A stretch of 64,000 nucleotides of DNA, taken from positions 152,258,335 through 152,322,334 of the forward strand of contig NC_068982.1 in NCBI RefSeq assembly GCF_001194135.2. The letters are read 5' to 3'. Both the position numbers and the translations under genes were made by a program. Origin of the DNA: Octopus bimaculoides. Its lineage: Eukaryota. How positions within the stretch are numbered: the stretch's first letter is position 1; each line of letters begins with the position of its first letter. This document shows positions 40,628-53,604 of this stretch, one piece after another. The notes under the pieces are model-generated. The model saw only the letters and a list, made by a program, of their open reading frames with translations, had not been told where the DNA came from and made no database searches.

Positions 40628-40879
40628 CCACCAGATACTCATTAACAATTATGGAAAAAGGAAAACTTGAAACTCAACATTAAATAAAATTGCAAACATG
40701 CACCAGAAACACCCTAAGGCATAATTGAATTACAGTACTCAAACATCTAAAGTATTCATGCCAACACTATCAAATTCCTAGTATGTAGAAGATGGGCAAA
40801 AATTAGAATTCCAATCTCAACAGATATTTAGTGAAGTAAAATCATTCAGACCTATCATTTTCCAATATACACACTAAAA

Positions 40880-41177
40880 CATCATCATCATTTAACGTCC
40901 ACTTTCCATGCTGGCATGGGTTGGACGGTTTGACTGAGGACTGGCAAACCATGAGGCTGCACCAGGCTCCAATCTGATCTGGCAAGGTTTCTACAGCTGG
41001 ATGCCCTTCCCAACGCCAACCACTCTGAGAGTGTAATGGGTGCTTTTTACGTGCCACCGGCACAGGGGCCAGTCTGGTGGCACTGGCATTGACCAGCTTG
41101 TATGGTGCTTTTTATGTGCCACTGGCACGGGAGCCAGGCCGGTGGCACTAGCATTGACCACGCTCAAATGGTGCTTT
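40880..41177 (-). mobile_element. RTE-tail copy with 3'UTR repeats
   Basis: Same family, more diverged. Confidence 0.8.
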
Positions 41178-41914
41178 TTACTTGATGCCTGGCATCTTAA
41201 ACAAGTGTCTTCTAATATAGACCCTGGCTATATTAGAGTTTTGAGAGTAGATTTGGTAGATGGGAAGTAAGAGAATTCCATCTTTTCCATGTGTGTATGT
41301 CTTGATATCACATGATTGTTGGAAGTGAATACCACCATCATTTGTTTCGTTTCCAGTCTTCCTTGGAAAAAGGCAAAGAAGACAATAGGAAGGACATCCA
41401 GCAACAGAAAATATGCCTTAATGAATTCTGTCTGTCTTTACTAGTGATGTGAGTTTTCCTAGGTCATTGATAAGAATAACTAACCATTATGAGGCACATG
41501 AATACAGTTTGTTATGCAGGAAGTAGAAAGCAGAGACAAAGAATTTGTACAAAGATAATAGGATCAAATTTGTACTAAATGGAACAAGAAACAAATGTAC
41601 AATCATATTTGACTAGAGTCTGAAGACTGTTCATTAGGATTCAACCAAGAAGCAAATGGGTTCCCTTTAAAAACAGTTTAAGATACTTTGAAATAACTAT
41701 TTTAACTATTTTTAAATGTTTCAGTTTTAAAGCTGTGGTCATGCTGGAGCACCACCATTAACTATTTATGTTTGTCATGAAATATTAAGTAGTTGATAAA
41801 AAGAGGTATATGTGTGGAAACAGTAATGTTAAGTTGTACACTGCAAGAATTTTTTACTGGTAATTATTGAGGAAGCGTCAAGAGTTGATGTGTTTATTTA
41901 TGGTATCAAACAAT

Positions 41915-42715
41915 TAGAAATGGTAATTATGGGGGTTGGCTGAAAATCCATAGGCTAATCAAGATACTCTCATGGAATGCAACCAAATGAGGTTTATTTT
42001 CTAACACAGTACTCCTTGTGGTCCACACATTTCTTCCATCAGTGTTGCAGTGCTTGGATCCATTGGTGAAGAAGAAGCTTTCATCCTGTTGCTAAAAAAA
42101 AAGTCAACAGCAGACATGACCTCATCATCACTGTTGATACTGGTTCCCAGTCAAGTTTGTCATATTGGGGAACAGACGATAGTCAGATGGTGCCAAATCA
42201 GGAAAATAGGAAAGCTGATCAACCAGTTCATAGCCAGTCATGCACAACAGCCACTGAAAGGACACATGCTGGAGCAATGTACTGATGAAACAAAACCCTG
42301 CACTTTTGATCAGGTATGAGAAGACATGACACCCAAGTTCATTGTGCAGAATATTCTCAATTCTCTCATGGGATATGCTAAAAACATTAGCTATTTGATT
42401 TAAAGTCAGTTGCCTGTCATCCATCATTAAGTGATGAACATGATCAATGTTTTATCAGTGGTGGCAGTTGCCAGACCTGAGGTCATCTTCAAGAATTTCC
42501 CTTCCCACTCAAAATTCACCTCCTCGCTTTTGCACTGCTGATAAAGCTGGAACATCATCCCCTAATGTAGCAACCATATCAGCATAAATGTCCTTGGGGG
42601 TCAAACCCTTTTTCTGCAGTTACTTGATAGCACCACAATGCCAAATTTTTTCCATTTTCAAGGAAATTCAATACAAGTTACTTTTGAAGTCTTCTTTGAA
42701 CAGTCAGATGTCAAT
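41915..42715 (-). mobile_element. mariner relic 1 (internally deleted)
   Basis: DRQLTLNQIA..ILHNELG helix-turn-helix and YFPDLAPSDYRLF. Confidence 0.8.
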
Positions 42716-43061
42716 TTCAACTCTTATTAATAACTGCATGATTTCTTTCCTGGTAAACTAATGCATGGAAGATTTCACAGTTTTAGCATCATTCCTTAAT
42801 AGTCAGCCTTGGACTCATGTAAATACTTAGAAACGCCACCAGTAATTTTATTAGCAACTCCATCTTCACAAGTCTAAATAAGGGTGTTTAATCAATAATA
42901 CAAATGTTCATCTCGAATTATTCTTCATTACTTTGTTGCTAAAATTAAGTTCAACTCAGTTTATATAATATTGAAATAAACCAGTCGAATATCATTATTA
43001 TACAAAATGTCAAAAGATTGTATGATTTTACAGAACATCAACACACCTCATTTTTATTTTA

Positions 43062-43220
43062 TGAGTGGTTGGCGTTAGGAAGGGCATCCAGCTGTAGAAA
43101 CTCTGCCAAATTAGATTGGAGCCTGATGTAGCCATCCGGTTGCACCAGTCCTCAGTCAAATCGTCCAACCCATGCTAGCATGGAAAGCGGACGTTAAACG
43201 ATGATGATGATGATGATGAT
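43062..43220 (+). mobile_element. young RTE-tail copy ending in (GAT)n
   Basis: rc of the 40409 copy. Confidence 0.85.
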
Positions 43221-44119
43221 ATAAATGAATAGAAAATAATGCCCGAGTCTAATCAGACAGGTAAATGATCTCTTAACAGTATTTATATCACCCTTAAACA
43301 TCACTCTCACCATTATTTGTCTCCAGGTTTATTCATCACAGAACTTCTACTTTAAATTTGCACTGAGCATAATGACAAACTTGCGCATAGAATTGTTCCA
43401 TCATCTTGTCTTCAAAAGATTATATTTGGGGCTGCAGTTCCTCAGAGGAATACTGTGAAATACTCTTAAAAGATAAAGAATACTAAGACATTTCATCCAG
43501 GATCCTAAGTTACAATCTCTTCATTGAAATCTGAGAGGCAGTATCAGCAGCTGATTAAATCAACACACTACTTGACAAGTATTCTATTTTACCAATCAAA
43601 GTAGGATGGAATCAAGTTACCTTAGTGGATGGTAAATAAACGTAAAAGTTACTTGTACAGTTATCATTTCGTAAAGCATCAAATCATAATAGCAAAAAGT
43701 TAGCCAAAAGCATGATGGTGGTGCTAGTTGGTGGAGGTCATGGTAGTGATGACAATGAAGCAAACCTTATAAAGATTAAGACACTTTCAATACCATTATT
43801 TCAAAGACATCCAACAGCAAATTTGTTGAAGCAATTGCCTTCCCAGCTTGATGCCATTCATACCACTAAACAACTTAGCCATGAAATAGAAGTGGAACCT
43901 GTTTTTATTTCCTTCTTTTTTTTTTTTTTAAATCAGTTAGGCAAACTAAACTAGAATAAATGGCATTAGGTTTCATAAAAGACGGCAATAAAATTTTTAT
44001 TTTGGACAATGTGGTCAGCAGTCAAGTACCATAACTTCGCAGCCTTAGAGTGAAAGCATCCCCTAAACTCAGTAAAATTCCACAATCACAGTAGATGTTT
44101 CCAAAAATATTTTTCTTAC

Positions 44120-44299
44120 CTTGAAAAACAACAATCCAGTTTTGAAGCGATTACTAACAACTGTAATACCCAATCGGTATAGTGAAACTTCAGTAATATG
44201 TTGTGATACTACTTCACTGGGCTCCTGCTTCTTTAAATATTGGTGCATCTGCTTACATATTTCAATCTTACTGAAATAGTTCTCCGTAGCACAGAGGTA
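44120..44299 (-). CDS. ZFC3H1: ZFC3H1 exon w14, 180 nt, YLCATENYF..LLFFK
   Basis: ttttctag / AAG|gtaaga, phase 0/0. Confidence 0.92.
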
Positions 44300-44909
44300 C
44301 TAGAAAATATAACAAAGTGCAATTATTGATTTTACAAAAGTGACATTACCAGTGAATTATTTCTCTTCAATAACTAAAACATCAAATTTTAACATTACAT
44401 GCTTATGATGTGAATACAATGAAGTCATGTTTAAGCTAATATATTTCACTGTATCTTTAGGATAATTTCAGCCTTGTTGCATTTAGAGGACAATATGCAC
44501 ATTAACTTTTCTGCATATGGCTTAGTCAGTGGAGGAAGAGGAAAGAAAGGAAGGAAAAAACAGCAAGTTCTTACAAAAAGAACAAAGAATATATAAACAT
44601 CAGAACAGAAACCCAGTCTGGATGCTTGCAACAACAGAGTGGGTTTTAGCAGTCAAAGAGCTAGGTAGTGATGATATACCAAATGACAGATTATGTCTAC
44701 ATACCCAAGAACAGGAACAATCACCTGACAGGCATCCAGTTTCCCTCACAGGGCTAAGGTTAGAGGCAAAGACATTTACCCAGGGTTCTATGTAAAACCA
44801 CAACTGCAAAGTGACCTTCTTAACCTCACAGCCACAACTCTAAACAAACTTTAGGCATTCATCAACATTTAACGTCCATTGTCCATGCTGGCATGTGTTG
44901 GACTTTTTA

Positions 44910-45066
44910 AGTCGATTACATCAACCCCAGTACTCAACTGATACTTAATTTATTGACCCCGAAAAGACAAAAGGCGAAGTTGATCTTGGCGGAATTTGAA
45001 CTGAGAATGTATCGACAGGCGAAATACTGCTAAGCATATTATCCAGTGTGCTGGCGATTCTGCCAG
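44910..45066 (-). mobile_element. second tRNA-derived SINE family (fragments also ~47250-47400, ~46485-46580, ~32890-32950)
   Basis: B-box gttcaaattcc, ctttgcctttcatcc body, ttaagtaccagttg..tactggggt 3' block shared among copies. Confidence 0.7.
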
Positions 45067-45392
45067 ACATTGATAACAACTAAACTTATCATTTGGCTTC
45101 TGTTTAGAATCAACAGTGAACTTCTCACCTCCATGTTGTCACTCAAGGTGGTAGAAAGAGCTAACAAATCTCAGATCACACTACCATTTTTTTTTTTAAA
45201 TGGGAGAACACATTAGAATAATGCAACCCTGTGTGTGTGAAAGAACCAGTTTGAACACCTTTCATCAAAGAACTACTGAATCAGGGATAACCAGGACATT
45301 AACCAATGGAGTGAACTTCCCTCCTGGTAGATTATATTGTTAATGATATTCAGAAAAACATTACCAAAAATTAATATATTTCTCTTATTTAC

Positions 45393-45585
45393 CTGCCACC
45401 ATAAAGTATATGAAGGAGCATTTTGAATGGCAACACAACACATATCAACAAGGTCCTTTTTGCTGTCTGGATGTTGACTATACAACTGTAAATAATATTG
45501 CCAGAGATCTGGAGACTGTTTCATGTTTTCTAGACCACGTGCTAATACATTTAAAGCTTGATCTAGGTGACCTGATTCAGCATCA
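45393..45585 (-). CDS. ZFC3H1: ZFC3H1 exon w13, 193 nt, DAESGHLDQALNVLARGLE..TLWWQ
   Basis: ctctttcag / CAG|gtaaat, phase 2/0; TPR/HAT-like. Confidence 0.95.
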
Positions 45586-45944
45586 CTGAAAGAGAAAAAA
45601 AAAAAAAAAGATAATTAAAATGACGATATGGAAACAAATGGAATCATCAATCAGAAGAATAATCCTGACAACTAACATTTTTAACTCATTTTTGATCATA
45701 AAATTAAATGTACAGATAATATCTTCCAATTAATTTTGGAAATAAAAAAGGAATTGAGCAATTTAGTAAAATAACCAACCTGTTTGTTATTAATCTGCTA
45801 TTTGAAACATAATAAATGATTCTTAGACAAAATTATAAAAGGTTTTATTTAAAATAAGGAAACTAAAATAGGCAAGATTGTTTTACTGCAGGGTGGGGTC
45901 CTGTTTTCACAAAAAAATTAAACTTTTCCAGAAAAACTACTAAC

Positions 45945-46128
45945 CTGCTTCGACTAGACAACTTTTTGTATGCAAGTTTCAACCACAGTTGCTCATTCTG
46001 AGGATTCTCCAGTACAGCAGCCTCTAAATCTAAGATTGCTGCTGTATTGTTACCAATATCGAAATAACGTACATCTTGTTCTTCAATTATATCTTCCCAC
46101 TCAGACAAAACATCTGGTTTTGAACTCA
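45945..46128 (-). CDS. ZFC3H1: ZFC3H1 exon w12, 184 nt, SSKPDV..DVRYF..LWLKLAYKKLSSRS
   Basis: ttttgacag / AG|gttagt, phase 1/2. Confidence 0.95.
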
Positions 46129-46219
46129 CTGTCAAAAACAAAGATACATTTAATTAGCTACATTTGAAGTCTGGTAATTAAGTAACATATCCAGAATAAG
46201 ACAAGATATATATACTCAC

Positions 46220-46342
46220 AGAAGAGGGGGTTGAGATCAGTTTCCTGAGTGTAAATTTTGTCAATGTCAACTACAGTATCAGGCAGACTTTCTTGATTTG
46301 GTTTCCAGCATCGTGGTTCAAAAAACATGGTATGTGGAGGAA
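46220..46342 (-). CDS. ZFC3H1: ZFC3H1 exon w11, 123 nt, PPHTMFFEPRCWKP..LNPLF
   Basis: cttttccag / T|gtgagt, phase 1/1. Confidence 0.9.
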
Positions 46343-47399
46343 CTGGAAAAGAAAGCCAATTGTATATTATGGTACACTCGTGAGAAGACATTCATTTAAG
46401 AATGATAATAGCTAATATCTATAGTGATTTCCTGGCAAAGAGATCTCAACATTATATCAATGAAGGTTGGATGGATTGGCTGAATTGAAATGTAGTATTT
46501 GTTCCAGCTCTCTAAATCCTAAGTTCAAATCGCACCAAAGTCATTTTGCCTCTCATTCCTCCGGGGTTGATCATATAAAGTACAAATCATGTTTAAGTGT
46601 ATAATTTAGTTAATATTTTCAAGTGCCTATTAATGTACCCCAATTATTATCTAAATAGTTTATTTTTTACTCAAAGATTAAACTTTTTTTTTTTAATGTC
46701 AGTCAATACTTGTTTGGCCCAGGTCAGCTCTGATCCAACAAGAATATGACCAAAAGACTTTCAGTTGTGACAATCTTTTTTTTAAGATAATGGGGCTTGA
46801 TATGCTGGAGATTTGGCTGCTATTTCTAGCAGGTCGATTAACTATGTAACTGCTTTACCAGTTGCTGTAACTGGTTCATCTTCAAACTGAATTGACATAA
46901 CTAGCCACATTTATTACTAGTTATTAGAATCAATTGAATCAGCTTAGGAAGCTACAATAAGCAGTCAAGATTTATCAGTTGTTAACTAATGTTTTATCCT
47001 GACAATTTTTTGTTTTACAACATTGAAAAGTTACATCACTTTTCGAAATGCAATTCATGGTGTCTGATTATATTGTGAGTTTACTCCAGTAAATCAATTT
47101 TTGTGAACCCATGGATAGATAAAAAAATTTGTGTTGTTTATGAATATGAGTTCTGTCATGGAACCAATGCATCCCAGACAGCTTGAAAAATCAATGAGGT
47201 GTTTGGTGAGAAGTTCCGGTCTGGTGACTTTACTCTTGAAAATTAGCCCCATGGTAGACCTGAGACCAAGATAGATAATCCTTTCAACTATAGGCACAAG
47301 ACCTGAAATTTTGGGGGAGGGGGCCAGTCGATTTGATTGACTCCAGTACGCAACTGGTACTTAATTTATAGACCCCAAAAGGATGAAAGGAAAAGTCAA

Positions 47400-48150
47400 T
47401 AACGATGAGATGGAAACTGTAGTGGAAGTGGATACATCTCAAACTATGCGTGAGTTAGCAGCAAGGTTTGAGGTTTTGATTCCAACTGTTTTGGACCATC
47501 TGAAACAAATTGGCATGGTAAAGAAGCTGGACAAGTGAGTACCACACAAACTGAATGAGCATCAAATGACACATCAACTGTCTTGAAACTTGCTGTCTTT
47601 GCTGTTATGGCATAAAAGCGAACCATTTTTGTATCATATTGTTACATGTGATGAAAAATGGATTCTTTCCAACAATAGCAAGCGTTCTGCATGGTGGTTG
47701 GATAGAGACAAAGTGACAAAACACAGTCCAAAAAAGAATATTCACCAAAAAAATATAATTGTGTTTGTGTGGTGGTCTAGCGCTGATGTCATCTGCTACA
47801 GTTTCATGAGACTTGGTAAGTCAATTACAGTGGATGTATACTTCAACCAATTGTATGAGATGAACTTGCAGTTAAACAACCAAGATTGGTCAACAGAGAC
47901 AGGCCAATTCTCTTGCAAGACAATGCTTGATCACATGTTGCACAAAGAACGCTACTCAAGTTACAGGAACTGAACTTGGAAGTACTCTGTCATTCACCAT
48001 ATTCACCAGACCTTGCAACAACTGACTATCACATTTTCCAGGCATTAGACAACTTTTTGTAAGGAGGCTTCAAATCTGAAGAAGATGCAAAAACAGCTTT
48101 TGTGATTTCATCACCTCTTGCTCTCCAGAATTCTTCACTGCCGGCATAAA
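47400..48150 (+). mobile_element. mariner relic 2 (DD34D pseudogene)
   Basis: VPHKL, IVTCDEKW, ILLQDNA, SPYSPDLATTDYHIF; stops and frameshift. Confidence 0.88.
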
Positions 48151-48197
48151 TAAGCTAGTGATTTTTTTTATATTCAAAATAGTATAAAAGCAACACT

Positions 48198-49135
48198 CTT
48201 GACACTATGATGCATGTGTGCGAACAGCCATGATACGTGGCAGTGAAACATGGGCAGTGACTGCTGAGGAGATGCATAAGCTTGCAAGGAATGAAGCCAG
48301 TATGCTCTGCTGGATGTGTAATGTCAGAGTGTAAGCGCCCTGAGAGAAAAGTTGGACTTAAAAAGCATCAGATGTGGTGTGCAAGAGAGACGACTGCGCT
48401 GGTATGGTCATGTGGCGAGAATGGATGAGGACAGCTGTGTGAAAAAGTGTCACACCCTAGCAATAGAGGGAACCTGTGGAAGAGGTAGACCCAGGAAGAC
48501 CTGGGATGAGGTGGTGAAGCACAACCTTTGAACATTGGGCCACACTGAGGCAATGTGGAGATATGCTGTACTTGAGGAAACCCGGCCATAACCAATTGAG
48601 ACCATAACCATGGCCTATACCAGTGCAGCATAAACAGCCCATCTAAGAGTACCCTTCAATCATTGGTTGATAAACTGCACTTGCAAAGACCTGTTGAGGC
48701 AAGTGAAATCACTGTCATGGCCGATGACAGTACCGCTTGATTGGCACCCATGCCAGTGGCACATTAAAAGCACCATTTGAGTGTGATCATTGTCAGTGCC
48801 ACCTGACTGGCTCCCGTGCCGGTGACATGTAAAAAGTGCCATTTGAGCATGATTGTTGCCAGTGTTGCCTGACTAGCTCCTGTGCCAATGACACGTAAAA
48901 AGCACCATTTGAGTGTGGTCGATGCCAGTACTGCCTGACTGGCCCTCATGCCAGTGGCAAGTAAAAAGCACCCACTACACTCTCAGAGTGGTTGGTGTTA
49001 GGAAGGGCATCCAGCTGTAGAAACCCTGCCAGATCAGATTGGAGCCTGGTGCAGCCTTCTGCTTGCCAGCCCTCAGTCAAACCATCCAATCCATGCCAGC
49101 ATGGAAAGCGGACGTTAAATGACAATGATGATCAT
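48198..49135 (+). mobile_element. 5'-truncated RTE LINE: ORF2 C-terminus, 3'UTR with tandem repeats, (GAT)n tail
   Basis: GSETWAV..RRLRWYGHV.RM..GRGRPRKTWDEVV, then ~65-bp repeats and the ggaagggcatccagctgtagaaa tail. Confidence 0.9.
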
Positions 49136-49309
49136 CCTCATCGACAAACAAATTCAGGTATCTAGTACTTTTGTAGTTATTTAACCTCAATCCAACCCTT
49201 ACTGAGCAGACCTAAGATCAAAGGGGTTCCAACCATGACCATCATGCTTTGTTTTCAAGTATAGTATATCAATAACTACATTATAGCATATATTATTTAC
49301 ATTTGACAG

Positions 49310-49697
49310 ATACCTGTCCTCATCTTATTTGTTGTTAACAACGTTTCCGCTGATATACTCTCCAGCCTTCATCAGGTGTCTTGGGAAAATTTCGAACATG
49401 GGTTCTCATTCCTAAGGTATTTTTCGATCGATGTTATTATTATTATTATTATTATTCAGGTCACTGCCTGGAATGAAATTCGGAATCTTGGGATTAGTAG
49501 CCCGTGCTCTTAACCACTACGCCATATGTCCGTGGGCAATTATGGAGTGAATTTTTTGGGCTTATAAATCTAATATTTTCCTATCCTTCCTTATTAGATT
49601 TATAAGCCCTAAAAATTCACTCCATAACTACCCAGGGGAATATGGCGTAGTGGTTAAGAGTGCAGGCTACTAACCCCAAGATTCCGAGTTTGATTCC
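49310..49697 (-). mobile_element. composite: tRNA-like head + (AAT)n + Penelope-type hammerhead-like end, head duplicated in inversion
   Basis: A box tggcgtagtgg and B box-like g(a)gttt/cgattcc in both arms; CTGATGA..GAAA on minus at 49375-49344. Confidence 0.7.
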
Positions 49698-49802
49698 TAT
49701 CTTTTGCAGTAATTATGCAGAGGTCATTTCAATGACTGGACATTGCCAAACTGCTTAAGACAGTAGCTTTTAAATCAATGAATTATGTTAATGGCCATCA
49801 TC

Positions 49803-50027
49803 AACCTATTAGCATTCAAACCAGCCATATCTGGCCTAAATATTCTACCAGTTTTATGTTAAAACTAGCCACATCTGGCCTCTCACACCTATCCTACAAT
49901 GTCTTTCTAAAGCTAAGCAATCACATCATGGAAATATCTTAGCTCAAGATAATGCATGATTAATTCAAAATAATGTGAATAAACAAACATTACATTTGAG
50001 AAAGTAATCTGAATGCTAAAGGATTAA
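49803..50027. mobile_element. piggyBac-like MITE
   Basis: Imperfect TIRs aacctattagcattca / tgaatgctaaaggattaa with TTAA-like ends. Confidence 0.6.
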
Positions 50028-51431
50028 TGTTCATGCTATCTTTATTTTGACTAAACTTTATTACTTCCTCTCATAACACTTTCTCACCCATCATCCATTC
50101 TAGCATACATCTTGTCTCCCACTCCTCCTCTCCTTCTCTCAACACAAAATATACAAGATTTCTCATCACCAATCAATATATCTTCAGTTAATTCATTGAA
50201 TAGGAGGCTATTTGATACCTATATCTGCTTCAGGTTTTAAAAGCATCTTACTAATTGTATGTGTTTTCTCCAGGTTAAGTATTACTTCTATGTAAGCTTC
50301 TGTAGGTTTTTTTTTTTTCTTCTAATTATTTGTGTGAAATGACATAGAGAAAAATCTTTATCTTTCAACATGTTATCACATTTAAGTTTTAAAAATTCTC
50401 TCTTTTCCATTATAATTTAATTGATTAATCTCAAAATGATGTCACAACTTAACTGGGACCAGAGGACCAATTGAGTAATGTTTTGCTGCGTGAACACAAT
50501 AATAAAATGAATCGTTAATAGATATAAAAATGAGGGAAATATATTTGTGTACTCTGTGAATAATCTCATTTGGTTTCTTGGGATTAGAATAAGTTTCTTT
50601 CAAATTAAGTATTCTCAGAGTCTGACAAGTCACTTTCAAATGCAGCACAGAATGAAATTGAAGGTTAAGATGTTTAAAGTTTATTTTTAAACCAACAATT
50701 CACTGTTATAATCTTACATAAATATACAATACTTTCCAGAAAAACTCTGGCTAAAGCAACAATGTAACATTATCACTACCTGAGGTACAAAGCAGTGTAA
50801 ATAACAATAGCAAACAGAATACACTGAACTGGAATATTAAGCAGGCAGGATAGAATTAAAACATCATTGACACTGAAATTCCAGGCCAGTAGACTCAAAG
50901 CATTAGGTCAACAATTAAAAATATGTGACTTACCTTTAATATGCTTCAAAAAAATGTTTTACGTTTAAATTTAAATAAAAATAAGTAAATTTTTAAAAGA
51001 ATTTGAAACATTTTTCATTAATTTAATATTGACTACAATGAAGCAATAAAAATGATTTCTTCCAAAAAATTTTTCATTTATTATTTTCTCCATTTTTTCT
51101 AGAATGATTCTCCTTTCAACGATGCCTTTATACAGGTATCATAAATCACTAGGATTCTGAGAACTACATATTAAAACCAGGTATCAATATATTTTGTAAT
51201 GCATCTACAACTGGTAACTAACATGCCATTCCACTGCATTCAGAGAAAGATGCATTTTTTACTTATATAAAAGTAGCTGGAAAAGTTGCTGGAGGGGAAA
51301 AGAGCAGTGGTTAGTCTAATTTAAAACAAGGAAATAAGCTAAAATGAATAAAACTTTTACAGAAATATTATCAAGACTAGTCAGAGAATATTACAAGAAT
51401 GTGAAAAAATAATCAAGACTAAGAAACATAC

Positions 51432-51533
51432 CATGATGCACAAATTCATTTACTTTGCTGATCTGAAGTAAACACAATTCATCAACAGTCATTCTACCTT
51501 GGTTTTGATTCATTATATTTTCTACATAATCAC
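51432..51533 (-). CDS. ZFC3H1: ZFC3H1 exon w10, 102 nt, DYVENIMNQ..EFVHH
   Basis: catttctag / G|gtatgt, phase 1/1. Confidence 0.92.
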
Positions 51534-52137
51534 CTAGAAATGAAAAAAATGTAAGACAAAATGATGAGTAGTAATTAATATATTTTTCTTGACATACAAC
51601 AACTGAATGACATATCAGGAAGTTCCTTAATGAGTTCTTATATACTGGATTCCTAGATTTTAAGAACTTTTTTTTAATACTCACTTATGTATTTCTCAAA
51701 TTGTATGTGGTACAGATACATAAATTGAATGTGGAAGACAGCAATGACTCACCAACACAACCCTTGGCCAACAGACACCATAACCTCCATTGTTACTACA
51801 AAAGCCTCTGCTTCGCCAAATTAGTTAATGCTATACCACCTCCACCTAGGCCTATTTGACACATCCATTTATCTTTCTCGTGCTACTCATACTGTGTTCC
51901 AATTTTTACAATTCTTCCTCTCTAGAAAAACCTTCTGAAATTCAGCGATACTGATATTTTTCAGGCATAAAATTTATTTAAAATTGGCTAAAATTCAAGA
52001 TACATAACCTGCATTTGCAGAAGACATAATTAGTAAACTAGTTTTAATTTTATAAATATCTGTAATCACACAGGTAAGTGAAACAGTGTCCTTTATATGC
52101 AACAGTGCATTTTGAACCCTAAAACGCACCCATACAG

Positions 52138-52300
52138 GTGCCATGTAAACGCACCCAGTACACTGTAAAGTTGCTGGCATCCAGCTGTAGAAACCATGCC
52201 AAAACAGACATGGAGCCCGGGCAGCTCTTCAGCTGACCAGCTCCTGTCAAACCATCCTACTCATGCCAGCATGGAAAATGGATGTTAAATAATGACTAAT
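52138..52300 (+). mobile_element. RTE-tail/SINE 3' fragment
   Basis: ggcatccagctgtagaaa..catgccagcatggaaaatggatgttaaa. Confidence 0.7.
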
Positions 52301-52366
52301 GACACTGTTTATTGTTTTAATATGTGACTCCTTTGACATTTTAACAAAGCAAATAATAACACTTAC

Positions 52367-52488
52367 AAATTTGGCCGGCTATTTTTTCTCCAGATTGTTC
52401 CTTAGAAGCACCAGTTAGAGCAGGAGCATAGGATACAATATCTTGTAAAATCTCCTGTGTTGACATGGAATAATCCTTCAAATGTTGA
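52367..52488 (-). CDS. ZFC3H1: ZFC3H1 exon w9, 122 nt, QHLKDYSM..IAGQI
   Basis: ttttctag / T|gtaagt, phase 2/1. Confidence 0.93.
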
Positions 52489-53604
52489 CTAGAAAAATGA
52501 AAAATACAAAATGGTTAGGAATGCGCTAATATATGAAACTACATGAAACACAAGCTAAACAAAATTGTAAATAAATCAACTGTTTCTTATCCACAAGCTT
52601 TCCCATCAATTATCTTCTATATCTCCCTCTTTAGTAACATTAGCATCAGAGCACAAATAAGCTAAGAGACGAACTGGAAATAAGAGGAATTAAGTGTAGT
52701 GTACAAGAGCGAAGACTACACTAGATATCAGATGTATAAGGAAGTGTAAATGTCAAACAGATGGAACATATGGAAGTAGGAGACAAAGATGACAGGGAAA
52801 AGGGGTGAAGATTGATCTCAAGTAGCTGAACCTCATGAAGGTGAAAAATGACTGCAATTTATAGCAAAACGCTATGCTGGAGATCCATCAAACACAAACA
52901 TAGAAAAATAGTAGTAAAAGCAATGCTATTGGTTGTGAAAGTTAGGACATTAAATATCTACATCTGGGTCTCTTTTACACATTAGTCCATAACACTAGCT
53001 CTTTCTTCCATCTGCCACCTATGAAACAGAAAACAATGACTAATCATGTGAACTAGGTCTGTCCCTCATCAATCCCAGCTACCATAATCCATTTCTCTCT
53101 CAACCATTACTCCTTCTCCAATCATTCTATATTACCCAATATTCCACCTCTTACCAATCTTTACTGACATCCATCAGGTAGCTGTCATTACTCTCCTCTA
53201 CAATTAATCATTCTTCATATGTGTCTCATATATAAAAGCATTCCTGATACTTCACATTTTCTTTTCAAACCTCTCCAAAAAGTCAATAGAAAGATGCTCT
53301 ATAGTTTCAACCAACTCACTACACTATTAACCTTTTCACAATATTTTTAATGAAAATACACTGTATTTCAAATAGTTGGGGATAGGGAATTAAGAATCTG
53401 GATGGATATAGTAAAATAATTCAGGTTTTCATTACAAGTCTGTTGTTTGAAACAGGTCCTTGCATAAAATTATAATAGTTTAAATTTTAAAACAAACACA
53501 AATTTGTACAAAAGAAACCAATGGGGACCCTAAGCAGATTAAAACAATAATAACATTGTAAGTTGGGAGCAAGGTGAACTTTCACATTTTGAAAAATTCC
53601 CTAC

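Noticed and set aside
49636-49697. tRNA gene
   Set aside because: A/B boxes are present but there is no acceptor stem and the anticodon stem is poor; treated as a SINE-type head.
50934-50943. 10-nt exon before AG|GTAAGT
   Set aside because: Frameshifting, AT-rich context where such sites arise by chance.
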